DNA of 54,596 nucleotides. It comes from Chromera velia. Lineage: Eukaryota. Of the stretch, positions 13,548 to 24,831 are shown piece after piece (within the stretch, counting starts at the first letter, position 1; the number at the start of each line of letters is the position of its first letter). A model generated the notes under the pieces. That model was not told where the DNA came from, did no database searches, and was given only the letters and a program-made list of their open reading frames with translations. The stretch covers positions 1-54,596 of the forward strand of contig JAHBMJ010000171.1 in the NCBI GenBank assembly GCA_018398765.1, written 5' to 3'. Made by a program: the position numbers and the translations under genes.

Positions 13548-14279
13548 GAGTCAGACCAATCGACACGCCTGGGGGCAAAAGAGAGAGAAAGGTCCTTACG
13601 AAAAGCAGAATCTCACAACGAGAGCAGACCATTAGACCCAAATCTCTTCCACTAAATTCCCTCCAAACTTCCTCTTGTTGCAGTGCTTCTACACCACAGA
13701 GCCTCGATCGACCCTTTGGGCGCAAAGACCCAGGAGCAAAGACCAGACATTCATTCTTTCTCGATAGACCCCAGAACACCAACCGACCTCCTCATCAGAG
13801 AAGACAGCCATCATAGTCGCAACCTTTTGGGGCCATTGACGATCGACCTGGAAGCAGAAATTCAATGTATCGAAAGTGGATGGACGCAGCAGAGACCTTC
13901 CTATGAAGAGCGAGAGGAGAAGAGGGTCTTGACACAAGCATGTGAGATGCAGAGGATGGACAGACTTCATTTCAAATCCACGCATCATGAACCACAGAAC
14001 TCCTGATTCTGCTTGAGCCTCCAATTCCGCTTCTTTCTCTCTAGTCCAGTGCCTCTGGCATCAAATTCTGTTTTCTCCGGTCGAGAGAACGTCACCTCTG
14101 ATAAGAGATAACCGCACAGTCAAGAGAGAGGAGCAAACGGGCGCGTCCCAGAAAAGGAGAAAACGGGGCAAGTGGAAGGAGTACGACCGTCCGAACGAAG
14201 CGCAGAAAGGAGAGACGGAAAACATGGAGAAAAGACGGGGGGAAGCACGAGACCGACGTTTCGAATCTGCACACAAAAA

Positions 14280-14315
<36 letters not shown>

Positions 14316-14787
14316 GGAAACAATGAAGCAAGCATGAGAACAAATCCATGACGAAGCTGGAACATCACGCATCATCACGTCAATCGAGTTTCTCCCTTTC
14401 CCGTCTCTTCTCTTCTCTTCATTTCCATTCTCTGTTCGTCCCTAGCTGCCCTCCCTCCTTCTTTCTTTCGAATCAACCTCCTTTGTTTGATCAATTCATG
14501 AGAAATCAATAGAGGATAGAGGGACGTTGGATTCCTTTAAACAAAACAATGCAGCCTGGCCCACTTTCCTTCGAGTGCCGCTTCTTTTGTACGTGTGTAT
14601 GCGTGCGTGTGTTGGTGTATCTGTTTGTGCGGGTGTAACCGACCCCCAACTGCTCTTGAGTTGGCCGGAGAATCTTCTTCATTTTCTGTCAGATGAAGTA
14701 CTGAGAACCGACCGTATCATATTTTCACACTGTCATTTTCCCGTCATTCTTCATCGAAAACTAAATGCGTGTGAGAGAAAGCGAGAA

Positions 14788-14822
<35 letters not shown>

Positions 14823-16595
14823 GAGTGGGGGGGAGTGAGAGGGAGAGGGAGAAGGAGAGCGTGGGTGTCTCCAGTGAGGAGAAGAGCATGAAACCTTCTG
14901 AAGGCAAAGGAGCACAGAAACCGACCAACCAGTCGAATTGCCGTGGCTCTGTCCGTCTTTGCCTGCCACGCCTGTCTCAGAGCTCCCTGTACCACATTGG
15001 ACTGGGGCTGCACGAACGAACAACAAAAAGAGAAAGAGAGAGAAAAAGATCCGTCAGTTCGCATTCAGCGGATCACTTTCAGCTAGTAGGAGGGTGTGAA
15101 AAGGCAGCTTGCTTTGTCTTGCCTCTCTCGAAGGTCTACAGCAAGACTGTTTCTGCACCATGATCCATGAATGACACAGTTGCAGAAACGATAGAAAGAG
15201 CTTACGAAGGGAAAAGAGAAAATCAAATAGCCGGTTGCTCGATACTCTCAATTCACTGGCTCCTGAATGACTGCCTCGAGAATTCCCTGACCGGCAGACT
15301 CACGCACGGACTCTCTGACTGAAGAAGTCACTGCTGAATGAAGAACAGACAGACGCACGCAGACACTCCAACAAACACGAAGGCAGCAGTCAGACAGCAG
15401 ACAGACAGGGTGAGAGAGAAGTTGGCCGACATTTCAAGTCACGCAAAAAAAAAAAAAAACTGACCACTCTGGGGCAGTCCAGTAGAGTTCTCGGAGCCTC
15501 AAGTCTGAACGTTCCGGCGTTCTTCAGAGAGAGGTCAGTGGTCACATTCGCAAGTGAAAGCCCTGAAGAAGCACCAAGAGCGCTTTCCTGCAAGAGCACG
15601 ACTCCAAATAGTAAAAACTCAAATATTGGCATGTCCATCTCTGTGTCGGAGAAGCATTCAAGCGGGGGTGCAGACACACAAAGAGAAAAGAGAAGAGGAC
15701 TCAAGAGGGTATATGCATACAATTAAGACACATAGTCGCACAAGCGCAAACGCCCACTCACTCAGCCACCCACCGACCAACGCTCGCACGAGCGAATGAA
15801 GTGTGCACAGACAGACATGCCTGAATGAATGACAGAGTTTCAAAAAAAGCTCTCGAACCAGATCAGAAGGGGCCCCACTCACATTCAATGTCATCAGGTC
15901 TCCTGCGGTCCCGTTGCCCCCCCTGGGTGTGGAGGGAGTCACTGTGACCGTCCCCGTCCGAAGAGAGCCCATGAAGCGCTGCAGAAGTGCGACAGTCCCT
16001 CCCAAAAGAGAGGTGCTTTCGCCTTCTGCCCCTGACGCTGTCCCCCTTTCAGTCTCATTCCACCCGCTTACTTCACTCTTCTGGGCCTTCTGGCTAAAGG
16101 ACACAGAGGTTGGAACTGCCCCCTGCTTGGGCCCGTCCAGAGAGGCAGGGGGAAGGGTGGAGATCCGACGGACCGCCTGCAGAAGGGGCGGGAGGGGGAC
16201 TGTGCCGTTCGAGAGGGGCTGAGAGGCAGAGGGCGGGGCTGCTTGGGGTGTCCGCTCAGTCTGAGTCCCACTGGAGGGGATCAGGGGAGACCCTCCATGG
16301 AGGAAGAGTGACACCTTCCCGCTCTGCGTGACATCAGCCTGTAGACCTGCAGGTGCATGGACAGGGGAAGAGGGAAGGAGTGTGAGATCTTTCAGGCCAT
16401 CTCGCGGTAGACGGACAACTTCCATCGTCATTTTGAGTCCCACGGGAAGCGGTCAGTCAATCAGATGCCAAATGTGTGCATGTATGTATATACGCAAAGG
16501 TGGTTGAACAGGGCCCAAGTGATCGATGGAGGCTGACCGATGAGGACTACACAGGCGAGCAAGAGGACCGACGACGGTTTCGTCTCTCTTGGCAT
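12624..16595 (-). CDS. Multi-exon putative secreted protein (exons include 16538-16595, 15883-16346, 15465-15587, ~13359-13439, ~13046-13114, 12723-12827, 12624-12677)
   Basis: Exons 1 and 2 splice to give MPRETKPSSVLLLACVVLIGLQA-DVTQ, which looks like a signal peptide. Later exons are phase-consistent; exons between 13.7 and 15.2 kb are unresolved. Confidence 0.55.
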
Positions 16596-17119
16596 GCCGA
16601 TGCAAGCCCGAAAGCCCGCTGCAGCATGCACATTAATTGGAGGCCAGCACGTTAACACACAATTCAAGGAAGCATCTCTGGCTACATGCATGCAACATTT
16701 TGATGCCTCTCTGTCCCGACGGAGCAGCTCTCGAGTCCTACAAAAAGAAGGCTGTTGGAAGAAACTGACCCCACAAACTCAGGCTTCTGGAGTGAGAGAA
16801 ATCTTTGTGCTAATTTCTGCTTCCGATCACCGAACCGTTCGGGACTGCACGGGATGTGACTCTCCCCTCGTGTTCCATGCGTTTGTTTGAATGTCAAATT
16901 GTTCGTGCTGGTTGGCGGTCAAAAGAAGTCAGCTGATCGAATGGTTTTCTGATTGAGTCCTGGACAATCGTATATAAGCAGGAGCTGTAAACCAAGCACA
17001 AATCTATCATGGCCCGACGTTAAAGGATGAAGTGACAGAGAGCAGAGAAGACACTAGCTGGATTTCGGCGATGAAAGAAATACATTCCATATATGTAGAT
17101 GGCTGTATCGGTCATTTTT

Positions 17120-17240
17120 GCAAGGCCCGCGGCCCGGCCGGCCCGCATGCACAATCGCCGGCGCGGCGGGCAAGCGTGCCGCCCGCGGCAGATGATGCCG
17201 CAGATCGTGCCACCGCCGCCGCCGCCGCCCGCGGCACAGG
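17120..17240. promoter_or_regulatory. CpG/GC-rich island upstream of the gene starting at 16595
   Basis: Very GC-rich stretch with GCATGCA and (GCC)n about 0.5 kb upstream of the ATG. Confidence 0.4.
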
Positions 17241-17970
17241 CTACACAACGGCATTCAACAGTACAATGTATTTCAACATTTATTTGGCGGTCTCAACCGT
17301 TGTGAACATTTGTATACAATGCTACAAAATTCAAATGTGCAGTTTTAACATCAGTTTCCACTATGATGAGTTTATTTAAGTTTATTTATGCTTGCAAGTT
17401 ATTGCAAGTATTTGCAAACCAGTAATTAAACGGCAATTTTTATTTATTTTTTCATACTATCTAAAAATTCACAAACATTTTAGTTTAAGTTACTACTTAA
17501 CCGATTTTTATTATAGTTTGCATGTATATTATATATTTTCTTAACATTCAAAAAGTTTTGGAAGACCTCCCTGAACCTAACTACCACTTAAAAGTTCAAG
17601 CCGTATTTTTGGATAAGCTTAAAAGTCCGCGCCGCAAGCACAGATCATTTACGGTGTTTTAAAAGCCAAAGTCACATATCTGGACAGTGTCTTGACCGTC
17701 TACGCCGCAGGCATGGACGGTCTCTTGAAAAACAATACCGCAGATAAAGATCATCTTGATTATATTTTTTCAAGTAGCATTTAGGTTCAGCGAGGTTTTT
17801 TGGAACTAATTGTAAAATGATTTTCATTCATCTGAATGAAATCCTAATAGACGTCAGACTCACAAGTTTATATATCAGAAGATTCAGAATTTTTTTTTTT
17901 ATTGCTTTCAAAGTATGAAAAAGAAGCCATGTGAGTCCTGACACTGCATTTTTTCTTCTTTTTTAATGTT

Positions 17971-20015
17971 TCAGCCTGTGGTTGTTGACACTCTCGGCCT
18001 GAAGTTAGCAGAATGGAACACTGCCTCCAGAGCTTTTGTGGTGACAGGTTTGAATAAGACGTCCCTTGCTCCCGCTCTCTGAAATGCTTCCGAGTCCTCC
18101 GTTTGTCCAGTGAGTTCCAGGAAAATTGGGGGCTTCTCAGACGGAAAGTTTTGCTTCAAGTGCAAAAAAATCTGAGCGATGGCTGCTGGCCCCTCCATTC
18201 GGGGCATGTTCCAGTTTATGAGGACAAGGTATGGAATCGTTCCCCCTTGTCTGCAATCCGTGCCACGGCGTCTTTTCCATCTTCACTGACGGAGACAGAG
18301 AAGCCTATTCGCTTGAGGGCAAGGGAGACGGCAAGTTGGTACATTGAATTATCGTCTACCAGCAGAACGTCAGCCGTGTACCTCTGCCAGTGATAAGGAA
18401 TTGCCAGGGAAAGGGAAGATGGGCGGACAGTTGAATCCAATGTTTATGGACAGTCTCCATGAGATGAACAGCGCTTCGCATACAGATCATAAGCACGGCT
18501 CGGAAAGTTTTTGCACATTCGGAGAGCTTCCTGGAAACTGCCAACCTCTCCTAGCAAACACTTCTTTTCCTCTTCCTCTTCCTCTTTATCTTTGTACTCG
18601 GGTTCTTTCAACCCAGCGGAGCTTGGGAATGAGACAGGGGGACAGTGAGACCACCGACGTCTGCGGGGGATGGGGTCGTTCTTCGGTTCTTCCTCATTCC
18701 CCCGCGCAGTGTCAGTACCAGTCTGAGGAGGATCAAATAGAACTTGAAGAGTCCCCAGAGGCAGGGATGGACGGGAAAAGCGAAAGGGTACAGAGAAAAA
18801 CGGGCTTTCTTTTTCCGAATCACCCTCGGAGTCTTCTGTCTTTGTGTCTCTCCTCTGACATACAGGCATCCACACCCCTACCCCCTCATGTTTGCTTGTA
18901 CAGGCCTGACCATCCTCAAAAGACCCCTCCGTTTCGCAAAACTCCATTGCCTTCTCCGCCTCGCACTCTACTTCCCTCTCCCCCCCCTCATCCCCTAAAG
19001 CTTCCAAATCTGCAAGGGGCACATCAAGTTTGAAAAAGAAAGAGGAACCCCAGCCCGAACCCTCAGAGACCGCACCGATTTCACCCCCGCAGTGCGCCTC
19101 CACGAATATCCTGCTGATGCATAAACCTAACCCTGTCCCTCCACCGTTCTGCTGTTCTCCTGAGTGAATCTGTGAATACGGTTTGAACAATTTGGGCAAG
19201 TCGGCAGGTTCAATGCCAACTCCCTGGTCCTTCACTGACACCCTCACTTGCACCCACGTCAGAGAGTCCTTTTCTGTCTGTCTCCTTTTGTCCCTCTCCC
19301 GTTCTCCGCTCACTTATTGAACTTCAGAATCGATGGACTCAAATACGCAGTCAGGCAACTTGGAGGCGTGGGGGCTGCTGCCCGGCGGGTGGGAGGATGC
19401 AGAGGAGAGACGGGTGACTTCCATTCTTAGCGTGATATTTCCTCCTGAAGGTGTGAACTTGCGCACGTTCGAAATGAAGTTACCAACTACCTGCATGCAT
19501 CGGCCTATCAATTCACAATTCTCATGAAATGAATTGAAGAATCATGGCATGCAATGCAATGTGGAGAACCAGGTACATCCATCCATCTATCTGAGGAGGA
19601 ACTTGGAAAGAGAGCGGACAATGAATGGTTGAGGAAGGGCAGAAAAAATACCACGAAGCCTGACTGTCACACAGAGATAGAGACAGCGGACCAAAGAAAA
19701 AAACGGAAAAAGGGAAGAGATTATGTGTTGAACAGGAGGAGCATCGAAGAAGTATCGGTTCCCGTCTCTTTTTTCGCCTTTCCAACTGCGTCTCTTCTCT
19801 ATCTACTCTTGCTCATATTCCTGCATCCGACCTAGCTGACCTGTCAGAGTCTGGTGAAGTCTACCCATGTATAGAGGGCCTCTCCCCTCCCGTTTGAAAC
19901 CTCGGGATCTATCCGGATCTCTGTCTTCAGTCTCAGTCCCTTCTGTCTCAACACAGGTCGCATCTCTCTAGAGATCGAGGCAATGAAACCCTGGCAGAGC
20001 AGTGCATAGGCATCA

Positions 20016-20049
<34 letters not shown>

Positions 20050-20050
20050 A

Positions 20051-20087
<37 letters not shown>

Positions 20088-22021
20088 AGAGAGAAACGAG
20101 AAAAGAGGAGGGTACAGAAGCAGTCAAGCATCACCACAGGCAAAAACACAATGTACGACAGAGAAAGAACATGTAAGACGAATTATTTCAGAAACGTAAA
20201 ACGTACAGAGAGAAAGAAAGAAATAAATAAATAAAGAAAGAAAGAAATAAACAAATGAATAAAGAAAGAAAGAAAGAAAGAAAGTAAAAAAAAAAAAAAG
20301 AAAGAAAAGAAGAGAAAAAAAGAAAAAATGAAAGAAGCCGACCTGAAGAGAGCCGAGAGAGAATAAATATTCGAAAGCACCCGACGCCAGTTTCTCCAGG
20401 TGCAAGACGTCATTGCATATGAATCCTATCTGCGTGCAGGCATATGCATCATTCATTTGGATCATGTACATGCATGTTCGAGCAGGTAGACGGGTCGACA
20501 AAATCCCTCAGATGTCCTGAGCGTACGCTGATTTCACACACGCAACTCCTTTGACTCATACAAGTCGCTTTCCTTCCTTCACGTTCTCCTCTTCTTTCCG
20601 CTCAATTCCCGCCAAACGAGCCGCTGTATGAGTAGACGGGAGGAAAAAGAAACCGCCCTCTAGCTCTTCATTCCCCCCTGCATGCCCCTCACCTAACTGA
20701 CCTGTTCGATCTGTGACTGCACAGTTTTCCCGAGGTCCTCCAGAGAGGAGAGCCGGGCTCTTATCGTATGGGCACTCAGGTTGGGCGTCTCTGCCAATTG
20801 CTGGAGTTCCTTCAAGGCCTCGTTCTGTTCGCACATCAACAGACACGCAGCACTCAGGGGATTGCGAACCTACAGGCAGACAGGTAGGCAAGAGGAGAGA
20901 AGAGGGGAGGAAGGGAGAGAACACGTGCAAGGGCACGACAGACTGACCACGCAAACCACTTTACACGAAGATACGCATGCACACACACACGTAAGCATGC
21001 ACAGAGAGAGAGTGGAGGTAAAGAGAGACTAGTAGGCAGTGCTCTGGCCACTTTTCAAGAGACCACACAGCAGCATGCAGCGAGAACTATCTCCTCTGAG
21101 AGCTGGCATAAAACACAGTTGAGAGGCTAGACTCCCCATATCCCCCAGGTAGATCAACCTAGGTGGCTGTGCTGACCGACCTCGTGCAGACTGTACGAGA
21201 GGAGAGGAAGGAATGTTTTTGGAAGGAACTCTGTATCTTCTTTCCTTAATTCCTGCGAACTCCACTGCCGTCAGGAAGGCAGAGTCTCCAACTCCTCTCA
21301 CCAGAAACATCACGAACCCTCCGAGGAACATCATCACCGCAGTCTCCATATGATCCTCCGGAGCCCCCCACTGAGAGATGAACAGATACTTTCCGACAGC
21401 GTGGCTGGCCAACAGATTCACTGTACTGAACACGAAGGCAGGGAACCGCATCTGGAAAGGGCTCCCTACAGCAACGATGGCCATGAAGACAGCCCCTTGG
21501 TGAAGAGGGAACTTGGTGGCTGTCCTTTGGTTATGTGCGTCGCTGATCACCACCGCATGGCCCCACAAAACCAGAGACAGGCCCATGGACAGCACCCAGT
21601 TTTTGTGGCCTTTCATCCGGAGAACTGCATCAGGCTCAGCATTGTAAACCCAGTTGCAGCTGTGAAAGAGGCAACGGCCCAGTGAGCACCGATTGCCCAC
21701 AAGGTATAGAAGGCCACCCATGTATGCAAACGGGATGGAATAGCGGTGCAACATCGAGCTCGGCCATGAATGAATCTTTAATTTCATCTGACATCTCAAG
21801 ACTGCGATTCGAAACTCAGATTCGTCCACGCCTGTGACCTCCATTCTGTCTTTGCATAAATTCCTTACTGCCTTTTGTGTTTGCGACTGAGAGCCTTTGC
21901 TGCAACCAAAGCGGCTACATGTACAACTTGAAGCCAGAGAGGGAAGGATCAACAGATGTATCCAGAACACTGCGGATGAACTTTGAATAACAGAGTCAAC
22001 GAAGTCAGGACGTGCCACCAA
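17971..22021 (-). pseudogene. Hybrid histidine kinase (membrane sensor-HisKA-HATPase-receiver), disrupted
   Basis: Multi-TM N-terminus (21029-22021); H-box LHE|VRNPL; NDVLHLEKL; N box GNFISNVRKFT; G1 DQGVGI; F box LFKPY; G2 GGTGLGLCIS; receiver VLLVDDN..NWNMP..LTG..KP. Stops at 19844, 19314 and 18444, and a frameshift near 18230. Confidence 0.9.
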
Positions 22022-23099
22022 AATTCAAGCTGAAGATCTGTGGAGGTGCTTGACTGACACATTTCACCGCATTGCCTCAAGGGGCAGCTGTATATATATA
22101 TAGCTTCTGAAGCACCGTTCAGGCACGTACACGAAAACATGCAACTAAGGTCATGCATTAACTTAAATGTTGAAGAGAAAAGAATTCTTTGAAATATTTA
22201 GTATCAACACAAAGGAACAGAAAAAGAAAGGAAAAGTGGGAGAAGGGGAGATCAGTGGAGAAAGTGTTGATCAGTCTCTATTTTTATATCCCACCTTCAT
22301 ATCGAATGCATGAAAAAACCCTCAATCATCAATCGATAGATCACCCGAACACATCCAGCAAGGTAGGGAATGATTAAGATTACGAGGCCCTAGGCATATG
22401 CAGAGACCTCAGCACATCTCGCAGGAAGGAATTTTTATGGCAGTTCTAGGGGCAGGCATAGGGACCATGCGGGGTGCCTATGTAGAGTAACTAGGATTGA
22501 TGGAAATACGAACCAAACCTATGCATACCGGACCAATACACGCCCGGAGTTGCGATAAGAGAAGGTCATACATTAAGGTTAGACACAACCGGATGCATGC
22601 ATGCAGGCATGTTGACCGTAATTCACGCGCCGCTGGCTGCCGCGGCCACGCGAGCTAGCTGCATATATATGTACCACAGCCGGCTTGGGGGTAGGCCGGG
22701 CTCTGTATGGCTACATATTCTGCTCTTTATAGTGTCTCTCTGCATGGTCCAGTGTCAGGCCAGTATGCATCTGGCTGCATATATGCATGCATGCATGATC
22801 TGCCTTACCTTTTTTTGGTGTCTCTCTAGTCCTGTGTCGGGCTAGTATGCCTTATCTTAATTCGGGCACTTCGCGTATACATATATACTGAATCTGTAAT
22901 TGCAACGATGACATGATTTCTCCGCATATACATTACATTATGCACGTACAAAACTCAGACGTCTCCGGGTTAAGGGCAAAGACATCTCCCGTTTTTTAAT
23001 GCAAACCTTGTTATCTAATGTTCCTTTGATTGGAGAATGAATCAATTGACACCTCTCAGCATTACAGAAATATCGGATACGCACTAACACGCCAGCTAT

Positions 23100-23283
23100 G
23101 CCACCGGATCCAGTGAGCGCTTCCTGAAGAAGAACTGGAGAGACGACTCAAAGCCGATGTTTCCAGAGTCCGTTTTAGAGAGAAAAGAATTTCAAGTTTT
23201 GAGGAAAGCGATTACGTGAATTATAGGAGCAAAGACTTTGTTGATTGCCTTGCTTCCTCGCATACCTCCTTTACCAGCTGAAC
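23100..23283 (+). pseudogene. 5' part of a decayed ORF interrupted by the LTR element (continues at 29138-~29340)
   Basis: The frame ERFLKKNW..IPPLPAE joins PIADLPDDRFWETY*QLKVSYKRFSRLIDLLK* once the element and one TSD copy are removed. Confidence 0.45.
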
Positions 23284-23514
23284 AATCAGAATGGTGCAAT
23301 GCACGTGCGAATATTTGCAAACGTGCAGAAATAAAATGAAATAAAATCCATGCATGCAAAAGCATGTTTGAGGTAATTCAAATTGACGTCCATGCATTCG
23401 TAGTCAATGCAAGACATAAAAGCAGACAAAGACTACTTTAGGCAACTGCCAGAAGTTTCACATAAGAAGTAGATCTTCATGTCGATCATGTCTAGAGCAC
23501 TAGCTCTTTCTGCT
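23284..23514 (+). repeat. 5' LTR of element 1
   Basis: Matches 28902-29132 with 20 substitutions and no indels. Confidence 0.95.
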
Positions 23515-23670
23515 GGTACTCTGCTGGTGCTCTCTGCATGCGGGCAAAGACCTGTCCCGTGTTCTCTTATCCAGAGACTTGACCGATAGAGAGTTCAGTC
23601 TGCTTCCCTCTCTCTGTCGCTGCTAACCTTCGGCTTGTGATTCTGGGTTTCTCTCTGTGCTGCCAGAGGG

Positions 23671-24822
23671 ATGACAGACGAAACAGGTTCCCGTCTTTAC
23701 TCCCCAGTTCTGGGAGTAAAGGACAGTTTTGAAGGTTTCAAGCTGGACTGCACCGCCATCTGCAAGGGTGACCTCGCTTTCAAGAAGCTGAGCAAGGATG
23801 AGCAGCTGTCAAAAGTCGCGATAGCCCTCTTCCGATCAGCAAAGGGGCATCCAGACTGCGGAGAGCAGGTGATCTCCTTGTTCAAGAAGGTAGATGCTCC
23901 TGAGTTCTCTAATGGGAACACCTCCGTCCCAGACACAAACTGGAACAAGTTCTGTATGACCATATGGGAGACTATCAGGATTCCGCTAGAAAAGAAGGAC
24001 AGAGAGAAGAAAGAGGCAGTGAAGGCAGAGTATACAGAGTTCTCGAAGTCGCTCGTGTTCGACCGCATTTCCAAGTGGACTGTGAAGTGGGGGTTGATAG
24101 AGCAAAGGGCAGCCGAAGTGGGGGTAACGATCACAGATGAGGACAAGGCCACACACCTTCTGAAGTCCATCTCCCGGCACTCGCCGTCCTTTCATGCCAT
24201 CTTGAAGGTGACGATGGATACAGCCGACCAAGAGGATCCAAAAAAGATCCTTGACAAACTGAAAGGCCTTCAGGAAACGCGGGAGGGAGATTCGTGGTCC
24301 TTGGTCGGTGATGCTCTCGGTGGGGGAGGTGGCAGTGCCTTACCTACACAAACAGCAGCTAAGCGTCCAAAGGTAAAGGAAGAGTTTGCCGGTCTCGTTT
24401 CTGTCGTACAGCAGACGGTGCAAGAGCAACTCCGTCTCACAGGTTTCGTTGGCCCTGGAAATGTTCTTGCCCGGTCTTCAAACGGAAAGGGGGAAAAGGG
24501 GCAAAGCAGGGGAAGGAACCTAGGCGGCAGAGGGGGCTCTAATGGCGCAGAAGGTACACAGGGAGGTTCTCCCAATCACGGAAGAGGTTCCCGCGATGCT
24601 TGTCCCAGATGTGTACGCCCTGGTGGTTACGATGCGGGCTTCCTATGCCCTGCACTCGGACGCACCTGTGGCTACAAACCCTGCGGTAGAAAGGGGCACG
24701 ACGCAGTCGTGTGCAGGATGAGAAAGAGGGATGAAGAAAACAAGCAGCCGGGGAAGAGCGGACGGAGAGGGCCCCAAGGGTATGCAGACCAGGTTGGAGG
24801 GGGACAGGAGTCATCCGAGTAA
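23671..24822 (+). CDS. gag: Gag of element 1
   Basis: 383-aa ORF with a copia-gag-like segment ITDEDKATHLLKSI and a zinc knuckle CGYKPCGRKGHDAVVC. Its TAA is in frame with the protease region. Confidence 0.8.
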   Translation: MTDETGSRLYSPVLGVKDSFEGFKLDCTAICKGDLAFKKLSKDEQLSKVAIALFRSAKGHPDCGEQVISLFKKVDAPEFSNGNTSVPDTNWNKFCMTIWETIRIPLEKKDREKKEAVKAEYTEFSKSLVFDRISKWTVKWGLIEQRAAEVGVTITDEDKATHLLKSISRHSPSFHAILKVTMDTADQEDPKKILDKLKGLQETREGDSWSLVGDALGGGGGSALPTQTAAKRPKVKEEFAGLVSVVQQTVQEQLRLTGFVGPGNVLARSSNGKGEKGQSRGRNLGGRGGSNGAEGTQGGSPNHGRGSRDACPRCVRPGGYDAGFLCPALGRTCGYKPCGRKGHDAVVCRMRKRDEENKQPGKSGRRGPQGYADQVGGGQESSE

Positions 24823-24831
24823 GGAATCCAT

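Noticed and set aside
17971..22021. Bacterial contamination or an intact two-component gene
   Set aside because: It has spliceosomal introns with microsatellites and multiple disabling mutations.
23514..23525. TGGTACTCTGC as a tRNA-iMet primer-binding site
   Set aside because: It matches the usual TGGTATCAGAGC only in the first 5 nt, and another tRNA cannot be tested here.
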